A DNA stretch of 64,000 nucleotides, from the NCBI GenBank assembly GCA_963706595.1, contig OY970166.1, positions 5,376,001 through 5,440,000 on the forward strand, in the 5' to 3' direction. This stretch comes from an uncultured cyanobacterium (GTDB lineage Bacteria; Cyanobacteriota; Cyanobacteriia; Cyanobacteriales; Nostocaceae). The notes under the pieces are model-generated. The model saw only the letters and a program-made list of their open reading frames with translations, made no database searches and was not told the DNA's origin. Numbering within the stretch: the stretch's first letter is position 1; the number at the start of each line of letters is the position of its first letter. Both the position numbers and the translations under genes were made by a program. Below, one piece after another: positions 53,319 to 63,163 of this stretch.

Positions 53319-53865
53319 GTGACCTCATTAGAATTAAAACTGAAAACACTGACTTCAGATGAATCTGAGTGCAATTCTGGAACTAGATATAGCCTGTTTT
53401 GGCGGTTTGTGGACTCTGGAGGGCTACCAAAGAGAGTTAGACAGTCCTAACAGTGAATTATTGGGTTTGTTTTCTCCGCTTGCTCCGTCAAAACTGCTAG
53501 GATTGGGCTGTTTTTGGGCAATTTTAGACGAAGCGCACATTACAATTTTGGCGATTCATCCCCAATATCACCGTCAAGGGTTGGGGCAGGTTTTACTATA
53601 TTCTTTGCTGAAGGCTGCTTGCGATCGCGGCTTAGAGCGAGCTACCCTCGAAGTTCGAGCTTCTAATTTAGCGGCTATATCTTTATATCAAAAATTTGGC
53701 TTCAAAATAGCGGGGCGGCGGAAGGGTTATTACCAAGATAATGGCGAGGATGCTTTGGTGCTGTGGCTCTCAGATTTACAATATCCTCAGTTTACAGAAA
53801 CTTTGGAAAATTGGCATAGTAATGTGAGCGATCGCTTGCGCCAGTCTTTTTGGCAGATGCTTTAA
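53319..53865 (+). CDS. rimI: Ribosomal-protein-alanine N-acetyltransferase (probable GTG start 53319 with +1 frameshift near 53359)
   Basis: EAHITILAIHPQYHRQGLG, ATLEVRASN, LYQKFGF...RKGYY..NGEDA. Confidence 0.9.
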
Positions 53866-54398
53866 GTCATACAATTTTGGATTTTAGATTTTAGATTTTA
53901 GATTTTGGTTCGACTCCCAGATTTATCTGTGAGCTTATACGACTCAGGAAGTATTAGTCCCTAGTTCCCAGTCATTGTTTGTTGGGCGGTGAAAATCAGC
54001 AAACCGCGATCAGGATCACATTAATGAGAAAAAATTCAGGTTTCCGGGAAAATCATTCATGAGAATATTTAATCAATAAAAAAGTTTAATTTAGTAAAAC
54101 ATATATGTTGGTGAGATTCTTGACTAAAGCATGATGAATATGTTAAAAGTGAATGTTTGTAAATGGTTAAACAAATCCTTAACCATAGTGGCCTGTTGCA
54201 TAGGAGTTAAGCCCAGAAACACTGGTAAACTCAAGCCCCTCAGTATAGCAACCACATAAAAAGTAATAAACAATTAACAACTACGCCATCATAGTCGGCG
54301 AAACTTTTTGGTCGCCTATAATCTTTATACAGGCATCCAAAAGCCGAGCCTGTGCTAAAATCAGCATACCGGCACGACGCAGGTGATGGGAAAAATGT

Positions 54399-56870
54399 AT
54401 GTTTGAACGCTTCACAGAAAAAGCCATTAAGGTAATCATGCTGGCCCAAGAAGAGGCCCGCCGCTTAGGTCACAACTTCGTCGGAACCGAACAGATCCTC
54501 TTGGGTCTGATTGGGGAAGGAACGGGAGTTGCGGCTAAAGTGTTGAAATCAATGGGTGTCAATCTCAAAGATGCCCGCATTGAGGTAGAAAAAATCATAG
54601 GCCGGGGTTCGGGCTTTGTGGCTGTGGAAATTCCGTTTACGCCACGGGCAAAGCGAGTTTTAGAACTATCCTTGGAAGAAGCGCGCCAATTAGGGCATAA
54701 CTACATTGGCACCGAGCATCTGCTGTTGGGCCTGATCCGGGAAGGGGAAGGTGTGGCAGCCAGGGTGCTAGAAAATCTAGGGGTAGATTTATCGAAAGTA
54801 CGAACCCAAGTTATCCGAATGCTGGGAGAAACAGCAGAGGTTTCAGCCACTGGTCCATCGGGACGCACCAAAACTCCAACTTTGGATGAATTTGGCTCGA
54901 ACCTGACCCAAATGGCCGTAGACAACAAGCTAGACCCAGTTGTAGGACGCGCCAAAGAAATTGAACGAGTGATCCAAATTCTGGGTCGCCGGACTAAAAA
55001 TAATCCAGTATTGATTGGTGAACCAGGGGTTGGTAAAACAGCGATCGCTGAAGGTTTAGCATCGCGAATTGCCAACAAAGATATCCCCGATATCCTGGAA
55101 GATAAGCGCGTAGTCACTCTAGATATTGGCTTGCTAGTAGCAGGAACCAAGTACCGGGGTGAATTTGAAGAACGCCTCAAGAAAATCATGGATGAAATCC
55201 GCTCGGCGGGTAATGTCATTCTGGTGATTGACGAGGTACACACCCTGATTGGTGCAGGTGCGGCGGAAGGAGCCATTGACGCAGCAAATATCCTCAAGCC
55301 AGCTTTGGCTAGAGGCGAGTTGCAGTGTATTGGAGCCACAACCCTAGATGAGTACCGCAAGCACATCGAGCGAGATGCAGCCTTAGAGCGACGCTTCCAG
55401 CCAGTAATGGTAGGTGAACCGTCAGTTGATGAAACTATTGAAATCTTGCACGGGTTGCGCGAACGCTACGAGCAACACCACAAGTTGAAAATTTCCGATG
55501 AAGCTTTAGTAGCGGCGGCTAAATTGTCTGACCGTTACATCAGCGATCGCTACCTTCCAGACAAAGCCATCGATTTAATCGATGAAGCTGGTTCTAGGGT
55601 ACGTTTGATGAACTCCCAATTGCCACCAGCAGCCAAAGAGTTAGACAAAGAACTACGTCAAATCTTAAAAGAAAAAGACGACGCTGTTCGCTCTCAAGAT
55701 TTTGACAAAGCTGGTGAACTGCGCGATCGCGAAATGGAAATCAAAGGTGAAATCCGGGCGATCGCTCAAAGCAAAACCAGCGCCACCGGGACTGAAGGTG
55801 AAGAACCTGTAGTCGGCGAAGAGGACATTGCTCACATCGTCGCTTCCTGGACAGGCGTACCGGTGAACAAGCTCACCGAATCCGAATCCGAGAAGTTGCT
55901 GCACATGGAAGACACCTTGCATCAGCGCTTAATCGGTCAAGAAGATGCAGTTAAAGCAGTGTCACGAGCCATTCGACGCGCTCGTGTCGGGTTAAAGAAT
56001 CCCAATCGACCCATCGCCAGTTTTGTCTTCTCCGGTCCAACTGGTGTAGGTAAAACCGAGTTAGCGAAGTCCTTGGCTTCTTACTTCTTTGGTTCCGAAG
56101 AAGCAATGATCCGCCTGGATATGTCGGAATATATGGAACGCCACACAGTTAGTAAACTGATTGGTTCGCCTCCTGGTTATGTTGGATATAACGAAGGCGG
56201 TCAATTAACAGAAGCTGTGAGACGGCGACCTTATACAGTGGTGCTATTCGACGAAATCGAAAAAGCCCACCCCGATGTCTTCAATATGCTGTTGCAAATT
56301 TTGGAAGATGGTCGGTTAACTGATGCCAAAGGTCGCACGGTAGACTTCAAGAACACCTTGCTGATTTTGACTTCCAACATTGGTTCTAAGGTAATTGAAA
56401 AAGGCGGCGGCGGTATCGGCTTTGAATTCGCCGATGATGCTACCGAGACTCAATACAACCGCATTCGCTCTTTGGTGAACGAAGAACTGAAGCAATACTT
56501 CCGTCCAGAGTTCCTCAACCGTCTAGATGAGATTATCGTCTTCCGTCAGTTGAGTAAGCCAGAGGTGACAGAAATTGCCGAAATCATGCTCAAGGAAGTA
56601 TTTGGTCGTCTAACTGAAAAGGGTATCGTCTTAGAAGTTACCGATCGCTTCAAGGATCGCCTGATTGAGGAAGGTTACAGTCCTAGTTACGGTGCGAGGC
56701 CGTTACGTCGCGCGATTATGCGCTTGTTAGAAGACAGTCTAGCAGAAGAGATTCTGTCTGGTCGCATCAAGGATGGCGATACAGCCATAGTTGATGTTGA
56801 TGAAAATGGCATTGTCCAAGTTAGTTCTCAACAAACACGGGAGTTATTACCCCAAGGTGTTGAGTCGTAG
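54399..56870 (+). CDS. clpC: Clp protease ATP-binding subunit
   Basis: [12 protein letters not shown], two AAA modules ([16 protein letters not shown]), UVR domain, IGF motif. Confidence 0.98.
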   Translation: MFERFTEKAIKVIMLAQEEARRLGHNFVGTEQILLGLIGEGTGVAAKVLKSMGVNLKDARIEVEKIIGRGSGFVAVEIPFTPRAKRVLELSLEEARQLGHNYIGTEHLLLGLIREGEGVAARVLENLGVDLSKVRTQVIRMLGETAEVSATGPSGRTKTPTLDEFGSNLTQMAVDNKLDPVVGRAKEIERVIQILGRRTKNNPVLIGEPGVGKTAIAEGLASRIANKDIPDILEDKRVVTLDIGLLVAGTKYRGEFEERLKKIMDEIRSAGNVILVIDEVHTLIGAGAAEGAIDAANILKPALARGELQCIGATTLDEYRKHIERDAALERRFQPVMVGEPSVDETIEILHGLRERYEQHHKLKISDEALVAAAKLSDRYISDRYLPDKAIDLIDEAGSRVRLMNSQLPPAAKELDKELRQILKEKDDAVRSQDFDKAGELRDREMEIKGEIRAIAQSKTSATGTEGEEPVVGEEDIAHIVASWTGVPVNKLTESESEKLLHMEDTLHQRLIGQEDAVKAVSRAIRRARVGLKNPNRPIASFVFSGPTGVGKTELAKSLASYFFGSEEAMIRLDMSEYMERHTVSKLIGSPPGYVGYNEGGQLTEAVRRRPYTVVLFDEIEKAHPDVFNMLLQILEDGRLTDAKGRTVDFKNTLLILTSNIGSKVIEKGGGGIGFEFADDATETQYNRIRSLVNEELKQYFRPEFLNRLDEIIVFRQLSKPEVTEIAEIMLKEVFGRLTEKGIVLEVTDRFKDRLIEEGYSPSYGARPLRRAIMRLLEDSLAEEILSGRIKDGDTAIVDVDENGIVQVSSQQTRELLPQGVES

Positions 56871-56893
56871 TTAGAAATTTGTAAAAGTTTCAG

Positions 56894-56929
56894 AAGCGGT
56901 GGGGAATTTTGGTTCTCTACCGTTTTTTT
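56894..56929 (+). terminator. Intrinsic terminator after clpC
   Basis: GCGGTGGGGAA...TTCTCTACCGT stem followed by a T-run. Confidence 0.75.
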
Positions 56930-57096
56930 GTGTCACATCGAGGAGCAGAAATGCAGAGAGTAGTTTTGGCTCGCTCGTTTTCTTATAAACAAGACTCTTA
57001 ATCAACTAAAATAAACACATATAGCAAAGCTTATATCTTGCACCAGGCGATTAAAATCGCCAAGGTTTGCTATAATAACCCAAAAAAATTAACAAA

Positions 57097-57369
57097 ATGC
57101 AAGCAATTCTCCTCAGCAGCGAAGAAGTTGGCAAACGTGCCAAAGAATTATATGACAATAGCATTCGTCAACAAGTAGAAACCGCAGAAAATATCGGTAA
57201 AATGGTAATTATTGATATAGAGACAGGTGAATATGCAGTTGATAAAACAGGTATAGAATCAGCAAGATATTTACGCAAAAAGAACCCACTAGGTAGACTC
57301 TATGGACTGCGTATTGGCTACAAAGTTGCTGTTTCTTTCTGTGGTGATATGGCGCGTGACTATCGGTGA
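57097..57369 (+). CDS. Small hypothetical protein coupled to an aspartic protease
   Basis: GKMVIIDIETGEY...LYGLRIG; 4-nt GTGA overlap with the next gene. Confidence 0.8.
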   Translation: MQAILLSSEEVGKRAKELYDNSIRQQVETAENIGKMVIIDIETGEYAVDKTGIESARYLRKKNPLGRLYGLRIGYKVAVSFCGDMARDYR

Positions 57370-57731
57370 TAACTGGTATTATTAAAAGCGGACATCCCAC
57401 AGTTAACGTCATATTTCGTCTGCCAAATAAACCAGATTTTACTATTGAATTTGTAATTGATACAGGGTTTACAGGTGAGCTTAGTTTACCACCAGCAGCA
57501 GTCACTTTAATGGGTTTACCTTTTCTATATGAACTACCTGCAAATCTAGCTAATAATAGTTGGGTAGATATACCAATACATGAGGCTGTTATTATCTGGA
57601 ATGGTCAAGAAAGATTAGTTAATGTTTTAGCTACAGGAAAGCGGCCTTTATTGGGAACTGCTTTACTGGATGGCTATGAACTATCTATACAATTTATAGA
57701 AGGCGGTTTAATAACAATTGAAAAATTATAG
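57366..57731 (+). CDS. Clan AA (retropepsin-like) aspartic protease
   Basis: VIDTGFTG catalytic motif, PLLGTALL. Confidence 0.88.
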   Translation: MITGIIKSGHPTVNVIFRLPNKPDFTIEFVIDTGFTGELSLPPAAVTLMGLPFLYELPANLANNSWVDIPIHEAVIIWNGQERLVNVLATGKRPLLGTALLDGYELSIQFIEGGLITIEKL

Positions 57732-57774
57732 TGGAAGATAACAGCCTTAGATTATGGTTTTAAATTCCTAAATT

Positions 57775-57809
57775 AAATGGTAGAGAATTAATTCTTCTCT
57801 ACCGTTTTT
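57775..57809 (+). terminator. Intrinsic terminator
   Basis: ATGGTAGAGAA...TTCTCTACCGT stem followed by a T-run. Confidence 0.7.
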
Positions 57810-57885
57810 CATGTATGTTTAATCCCTAACTCAACAGATTAGAGATATATTTCCTAGCTTTCCTTTACAGCTAAATTGTGAGTCT

Positions 57886-58638
57886 TTATTTCTGTACAGG
57901 TGCGAGTTTTAAAGGATACAATGGCTCAGATCCATTTAATTGCCAAATTCTAAATACCAATGCAGCAGCTACAGTTATCCAGACACAGGAAACAGATAAA
58001 ATCATTCCCGCTAAAGGAACTGTTTGCCAATAAATTGCTGTCACTACTAGAGCAGATAACCAAGGTCCTAAAATAACTACAGGAACAGCAGCACCTAATC
58101 TCCGTTCTACAGTAAAAATCGTATTCCAAGTATCGCCTAAAGCCAGATGTACCACAAACAGAATTAAAGGTAATACCAAAAATTGGTGATTCATTTCTTG
58201 CCAAACTAATACAGAAGAAATTACCCGCAACACTGCAATTATCATCCAAACTATGGGAAATGCTAAAGGTGGAGGAGACCATCTTGGCCTGATTACCTGG
58301 TCATAAGTTGTGCGAGAACGGGTATTATCTAAAAGGGAAAAAAGTCGGGAACGGATACTTAATACAGCAAAAAATAATGCAGTCAATACAGTGCTGAACC
58401 AACTGGGAAAGGAAGAATTGTGATCAATCAACATGATTAATTTTTCCATTCCCAGCAACACAAGAATCATCACTCCTATTTGGAGGATAGTTCCTAGTTT
58501 ATAAACTAAAACTGCTTTGATATCGAGTTCTTGTGTAGTAGCTACTGATGCATTTGGAAGCTGTTCTTTACCAGGTTTCAACCCCATTACTGTATTGACA
58601 AACTTTTCCAGTATGCCAGTATTGTTGGATTGGTTCAT
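57886..58638 (-). CDS. TspO/MBR family membrane protein
   Basis: RPRWSPPPLAFPIVW, WNTIF, WITVAAAL. Confidence 0.85.
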   Translation of the reverse strand: MNQSNNTGILEKFVNTVMGLKPGKEQLPNASVATTQELDIKAVLVYKLGTILQIGVMILVLLGMEKLIMLIDHNSSFPSWFSTVLTALFFAVLSIRSRLFSLLDNTRSRTTYDQVIRPRWSPPPLAFPIVWMIIAVLRVISSVLVWQEMNHQFLVLPLILFVVHLALGDTWNTIFTVERRLGAAVPVVILGPWLSALVVTAIYWQTVPLAGMILSVSCVWITVAAALVFRIWQLNGSEPLYPLKLAPVQK

Positions 58639-58719
58639 AATGAATAGATTGCGAGTAGTTTGTAACTATTAAAATTGTTCTTTTTCTAATTATATTGTAG
58701 AAATTTATAAAACATATAT

Positions 58720-59697
58720 CTATTCTTCAATTAACCAACCGCGCTTGATACCATATTCAATTCCTCCAGTCCAATCCATTGTTAAATGCTTTCGCACTTT
58801 ATGAAATAAATGTTGAACAACAGTTGGATTAATTTGATTTTTTACATAAGTTTCTTCGTACCTAAATTCTCGGTCGGTGTTTTTTTGCTGGCGTAGTACA
58901 TAAATCTGATCAACCTTGTACTTCCGAAGATTGACATCACTGGTTAACTTTATCCACTCCATCAGTACAATATACAAACTATTGGGATTTCTTGCTTTTA
59001 AGTCCTCTGCGGCTCGTGATGAACCTTCCAGCATAGTTTTATCTAGATATGTTTTACATTCAATAACAATAACTGGGATATCAAAAATATGAGTTTCCGT
59101 ATTACCTGTGATTGTAACTTCTGAGTAGTTTTCTGGTTCTTCTTTAAGAAGTGTCATCATTTCCCCAGGATTTTCTTCTTCTTCTGGTGGTGTAACTGCT
59201 TCAAATGATGCTTCAATAGTTGCACCAATCACAAAATCATGGTCTTTCTTTTCAATACGTGCATAGGGACGTTTAAGCATTTCAGCATATTTTGGAGGAA
59301 CAAAGAAAATATCTTTGAAAGTATGAGATTTTCCAATAAGAGCATTTTTTCCAAAATCTTTTGCTAAATCTCGAAATAGATAATACAGAAATTCTTCTAA
59401 TACACTGGAATGAAGATTTGAGCGAGAGTCAAATTTCTCAGCGTAATGTTGTTGATCTAAAAAATCCTTATATGTTGACAAAAGTTCTACTCGTTGGTTA
59501 ATAATTGCATCATCTTCATCAGTAGGTATTGATGTTGGTCCTACTAATTGAACATTAGCTAAATGCCATTTATTATATTGAACTCTAATTTCTTGGAGAT
59601 ATTTTTTACTTTCAGCATCTCTATATTTTTTGCGGTGATTCTCCTTTTGTTCCAGATTTGAACCGTGAACTAAAGGGTTTCTTTCGGTTACGGACAT
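58720..59697 (-). CDS. Type II restriction endonuclease, Bpu10I family
   Basis: LHSSVLEEF, KDHDF, IECKTYLDKTM PD-(D/E)xK motif typical of the family; overlaps the MTase gene; AT-rich. Confidence 0.85.
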   Translation of the reverse strand: MSVTERNPLVHGSNLEQKENHRKKYRDAESKKYLQEIRVQYNKWHLANVQLVGPTSIPTDEDDAIINQRVELLSTYKDFLDQQHYAEKFDSRSNLHSSVLEEFLYYLFRDLAKDFGKNALIGKSHTFKDIFFVPPKYAEMLKRPYARIEKKDHDFVIGATIEASFEAVTPPEEEENPGEMMTLLKEEPENYSEVTITGNTETHIFDIPVIVIECKTYLDKTMLEGSSRAAEDLKARNPNSLYIVLMEWIKLTSDVNLRKYKVDQIYVLRQQKNTDREFRYEETYVKNQINPTVVQHLFHKVRKHLTMDWTGGIEYGIKRGWLIEE

Positions 59698-60908
59698 AGT
59701 TCTAATTTCTCTTTAAGATGAACTGCAATTGCTTTAGCAAGAAGAGGTGGTACAGCATTACCTATTTGATTGTATTGACAAAGAAACTTCTCGCTCAATC
59801 TATTTTCCCTTTGTAATAATTTATGAGATACAACGGTTTTCTTCCCTAAAAAACGATAAGTATCAGGAAAAGATTGAATACGCGCACCTTCACGAGCGGT
59901 TAAATTACGGTGCTGGAAAGGATGGATAAAATTTGCATAAAAAGAAGCTGCTATGGTGTGGGCTGGTTTATCAGGATTTAAACGCCTGTTATTTTGGTCG
60001 TAAGTTATATTTGATAATTCACCATTTCCACTACGGCGTTTAGCACCATATTCTTTTGGTACGTCTGAACTAGATTGACCCCATTTGATTTGTTTAAAAC
60101 GTTCTACCAACCTCTGAGAATGTTCCATTGCTACATGATTATAGATAATTTTACTACCATTTCTGATCCAGTGCTGATAGTGATTTTGAGAGTCTAATAT
60201 CAAGGGTTGTTCCTCTTGTCCTTCTCGCGCATTAAGTGGAGGTAAATCTGAAATAGCATCCCATAATTTAATTGCAGGAATTAAATCTATGTCTCCAAAT
60301 GATAATTGAAAATTATGATTATTTAATAAACTTAGAGAATGCGTTTTTGGAGGAATACCTAATTTATTACCTAGTTTGTTTCCGACAATAAAGACACGCT
60401 CTCTAATTTGAGGTACACCATATTCAGCAGAATTAAGTAACCATATTTCTATGCAATATCCCATTTCCGAAAAAGTTTTTTTAATAATATCTATTACTTT
60501 TACACTTTCACTATTTTTCCGAGATAGTAAACCTTTTACATTTTCCATCACAAATGCTTTAGGTTCAAGAAAACTTATCCATTGAGCAAAGTTAATAAAT
60601 AAAGTATTTCTTGGATCATTTGGGTCTTTTTGGGCTGGTCCAGCAATACTAAAACCTTGACATGGTGGACCTCCAATAATAATATCCGGTTTGTAAAGAC
60701 ATATTTTTTTAACACTACTTAAAGTATTCAATTCCCGAATATCATTTTGAATCACTGTCATTTTTGGGTGGTTATAACGCAGCGTGTCACAAGCCCAAGT
60801 ATCAATTTCCACAGATAGAGGGATGGAAAAACCAGCCATCTCAAAACCTAAACTAAAGCCTCCAGCCCCAGCAAATAAATCAATAGCCACAAGTTGCTCT
60901 GTTTTCAT
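59688..60908 (-). CDS. DNA (cytosine-5) methyltransferase
   Basis: DLFAGAGG, GGPPCQGFS, MENVKG, QIRER, YNQIGNAVPP. Confidence 0.96.
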   Translation of the reverse strand: MKTEQLVAIDLFAGAGGFSLGFEMAGFSIPLSVEIDTWACDTLRYNHPKMTVIQNDIRELNTLSSVKKICLYKPDIIIGGPPCQGFSIAGPAQKDPNDPRNTLFINFAQWISFLEPKAFVMENVKGLLSRKNSESVKVIDIIKKTFSEMGYCIEIWLLNSAEYGVPQIRERVFIVGNKLGNKLGIPPKTHSLSLLNNHNFQLSFGDIDLIPAIKLWDAISDLPPLNAREGQEEQPLILDSQNHYQHWIRNGSKIIYNHVAMEHSQRLVERFKQIKWGQSSSDVPKEYGAKRRSGNGELSNITYDQNNRRLNPDKPAHTIAASFYANFIHPFQHRNLTAREGARIQSFPDTYRFLGKKTVVSHKLLQRENRLSEKFLCQYNQIGNAVPPLLAKAIAVHLKEKLELCP

Positions 60909-61147
60909 AGATTCTTCGTGTAGTTACCAGAAATCTTGAAGATAAGTATAAAATTTTATATTTTTAGTTCACGCAAGTCTAAATTTAACACGCCTATGCT
61001 TTATGGTAATTGTCCAGTTAATTTTTGTGAAGGCGTTAGCAAAACTTACCGTTCGTGTAGCGTCTCGACGAAAAGGTATGCCTTGATATGGAAATAGTGC
61101 GATCGCATAGCTTACTTTAAAATAGAATTTATATCCCCCAAAAGGCT

Positions 61148-61549
61148 TCAGACATAAACTTGCGTCTGAATACCTAAATTTTCCATCAACGCATTCAGCG
61201 AAATTCCTCGTAAATTCGCTAACTCCACTAAATATTCAATGCGTTGCGCTTGCTGTTTTTCAATCTGTTCAGTTAAGCTCAATAACTCTCTATCTTCCTC
61301 ATCAGTGAGCGTTTCTGTCTCTCTTTTAGCTATTAAATCGTTGTAATAGTTCTGAATCTCTACAGAAATTGCCTGATTAATTTTTAATAACAATTCTGAC
61401 TCCTGTTGCATCAAACTGGGAGCAGTACGTTGTGCTTGTAAAGCGATAACTTGAGAAATAAACTGCTTTAAATCTGCTTGACTCAATTGCTCAACAGCTT
61501 TGAGCAAATCATCTGAAGACAATTGTAGTTCAATTTTCATTGTTGTCAT
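61148..61549 (-). CDS. Hypothetical helical protein
   Basis: ESELLLKIN...LIAKR..ETLT..E..EL..L.EQIE...RIEYL.ELA.LRG motif. Confidence 0.8.
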   Translation of the reverse strand: MTTMKIELQLSSDDLLKAVEQLSQADLKQFISQVIALQAQRTAPSLMQQESELLLKINQAISVEIQNYYNDLIAKRETETLTDEEDRELLSLTEQIEKQQAQRIEYLVELANLRGISLNALMENLGIQTQVYV

Positions 61550-61680
61550 TTTGCATCTCACCAGCTAATGTATTGCTATTGTATATATTGTCACTACCAC
61601 GGCAGAGTTTATTTTATCTCAATTATACATAAACTTGTGTCTGAATACTCAAAGTTTCTATAATAACAGTAACCCTATTA

Positions 61681-62592
61681 ATGATGCTCATGATTGAACA
61701 CTATGAAAATGAAGAACATACCATCTTTCACGGTGATGCTATCAGTATTTTAGCCAATCATATTCCGTCCGAATCAGTTGATTTAATTTTTATCGATCCT
61801 CCCTATAACATAGGTAAGAAATTTGGTAACTTCCATGATAAATGGGAATCTGAGGAAGAATATATTCATTGGTCATATCAATGGCTTGATGAGTGTATTC
61901 GTATATTAAAACCAAATGGTTCACTCTATGTCATGACTAGCACCCAAGCCATGCCTTATTTTGATATTTACTTGCGAAAACAATTAACTATACTCAGTCG
62001 GATAATATGGCATTACGATAGTTCTGGAGTTCAAGCGACAAAATACTTTGGTTCAATGTATGAACCTATTCTTCATTGTGTTAAAGATAAAAATAACTAT
62101 ATTTTTAATGCCAATGATATCAAAGTTGAAGCTAAAACAGGCGCACAACGTAAATTAATTGATTACCGAAAATCAGTCCCCACTCCCTATAATACAGAAA
62201 AAGTACCTGGGAATGCTTGGTATTTTCCCCGTGTGAGATATCGCATGGAAGAATACGAAAATCATCCTTCACAAAAACCGGAGTCATTGCTAGAAAGAAT
62301 CATTTTAGCAAGTAGTCATGAAGGAAGTTTAATCCTTGACCCCTTTGCTGGAACTTTTACAACTGCGGCGGTGGCTAAACGCTTAGGTAGGAAATCTATC
62401 AGTATTGAACTGCAAGAAGAATATCTCAAAATCGGATTGAGAAGGGTTTTAGAATGGCAAGAATATAAAGGAGAAAAAATTTTATTACCAGAGAAAAACT
62501 ATAAGTTAAAAAATAAAAATGGTGAGAAAATAAATTTAGAAGATTTAGATTTTATCCCAGGGAGTATCTTTGATGCAAATACTAACACATGA
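61681..62592 (+). CDS. Beta-class amino-DNA methyltransferase (YhdJ / M.AvaIII-like)
   Basis: DPPYNIGK, YDSSGVQA.KYFGSMYEPIL, FPRVRYRM.EYENHP.QKP, LDPFAGTFTT; start may be 61684 or 61690. Confidence 0.92.
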   Translation: MMLMIEHYENEEHTIFHGDAISILANHIPSESVDLIFIDPPYNIGKKFGNFHDKWESEEEYIHWSYQWLDECIRILKPNGSLYVMTSTQAMPYFDIYLRKQLTILSRIIWHYDSSGVQATKYFGSMYEPILHCVKDKNNYIFNANDIKVEAKTGAQRKLIDYRKSVPTPYNTEKVPGNAWYFPRVRYRMEEYENHPSQKPESLLERIILASSHEGSLILDPFAGTFTTAAVAKRLGRKSISIELQEEYLKIGLRRVLEWQEYKGEKILLPEKNYKLKNKNGEKINLEDLDFIPGSIFDANTNT

Positions 62593-62644
62593 TTTTACAC
62601 AAACAATAATTACTATTCTTAATAAATATTTTCCTGGACATTAA
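62573..62644 (+). pseudogene. 23-codon 5' remnant of a gene coupled to the MTase (probably its endonuclease)
   Basis: GGGAG RBS, MQILTHDFTQTIITILNKYFPGH*, overlapping the MTase end and stopping at a MITE boundary. Confidence 0.55.
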
Positions 62645-62792
62645 GTAGGTAGGCACAAATAAACCTAACCATGTAACAAAATGTAAAATCCTCAAAACCC
62701 TTGCGATTGCTTCACTCCACTACGCTCCGTATGGCTAACGCCACGCTCCGCGAACGCAATGACATACCTTGAAATTTTTCCGCCTACCTACT
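62644..62792. mobile_element. MITE carrying nested REP and SDR-like repeats
   Basis: TIRs AGTAGGTAGGC / GCCTACCTACT; internal GCGATTGCTTCA...CGCAATGAC with GGCTAACGCCACGCTCCGCGAA. Confidence 0.78.
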
Positions 62793-62826
62793 CATCTTGG
62801 GTTGTAGTCATAAGTTTGCCTGATAC

Positions 62827-62896
62827 ATCAACTTTTTTTGATGAGTATTTCTATACATTGTGCTTTGGGGGATTGACATATCAAGTTTTTTTGAAA
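62827..62896 (+). promoter_or_regulatory. Two ArsR-type operator boxes with a -35 element
   Basis: ATCAACTTTTTTTGATG (62827-62843) and ATCAAGTTTTTTTGAAA (62880-62896) resemble the 17-bp Synechocystis ArsR box; TTGACA at 62873-62878. Confidence 0.75.
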
Positions 62897-63163
62897 TGAT
62901 ATATGTAACCTGAATATCAACCCTAAAGGTAAAAGTCAATGAATGCGATCGCAAACAACTTGGCTCTGGTGCTGGGTAGATATCATACCATACTTCCAGA
63001 CGGAAACAATGCCAGTTTTCCAGGGGCTAAGGGTAGTGCAGAAATCATTAACTAGCCGCCGATCAACGCGCCATTAACGCCGATAAAGAGTCTATTTGGG
63101 CAGGCGAAACATATTTTATCCAGACTCCGTACTGTTGAAGTTTTATTATTTATAGGAAGACAG

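Noticed and set aside
54701..55366. 221-aa antisense ORF inside clpC (and similar ones inside gap2, efp and cysT)
   Set aside because: Typical antisense shadows of conserved genes with biased codon usage
62939..63055. 38-aa ORF MNAIANNLALVLG... after the ArsR boxes
   Set aside because: No recognisable family; may be a gene remnant but cannot be supported
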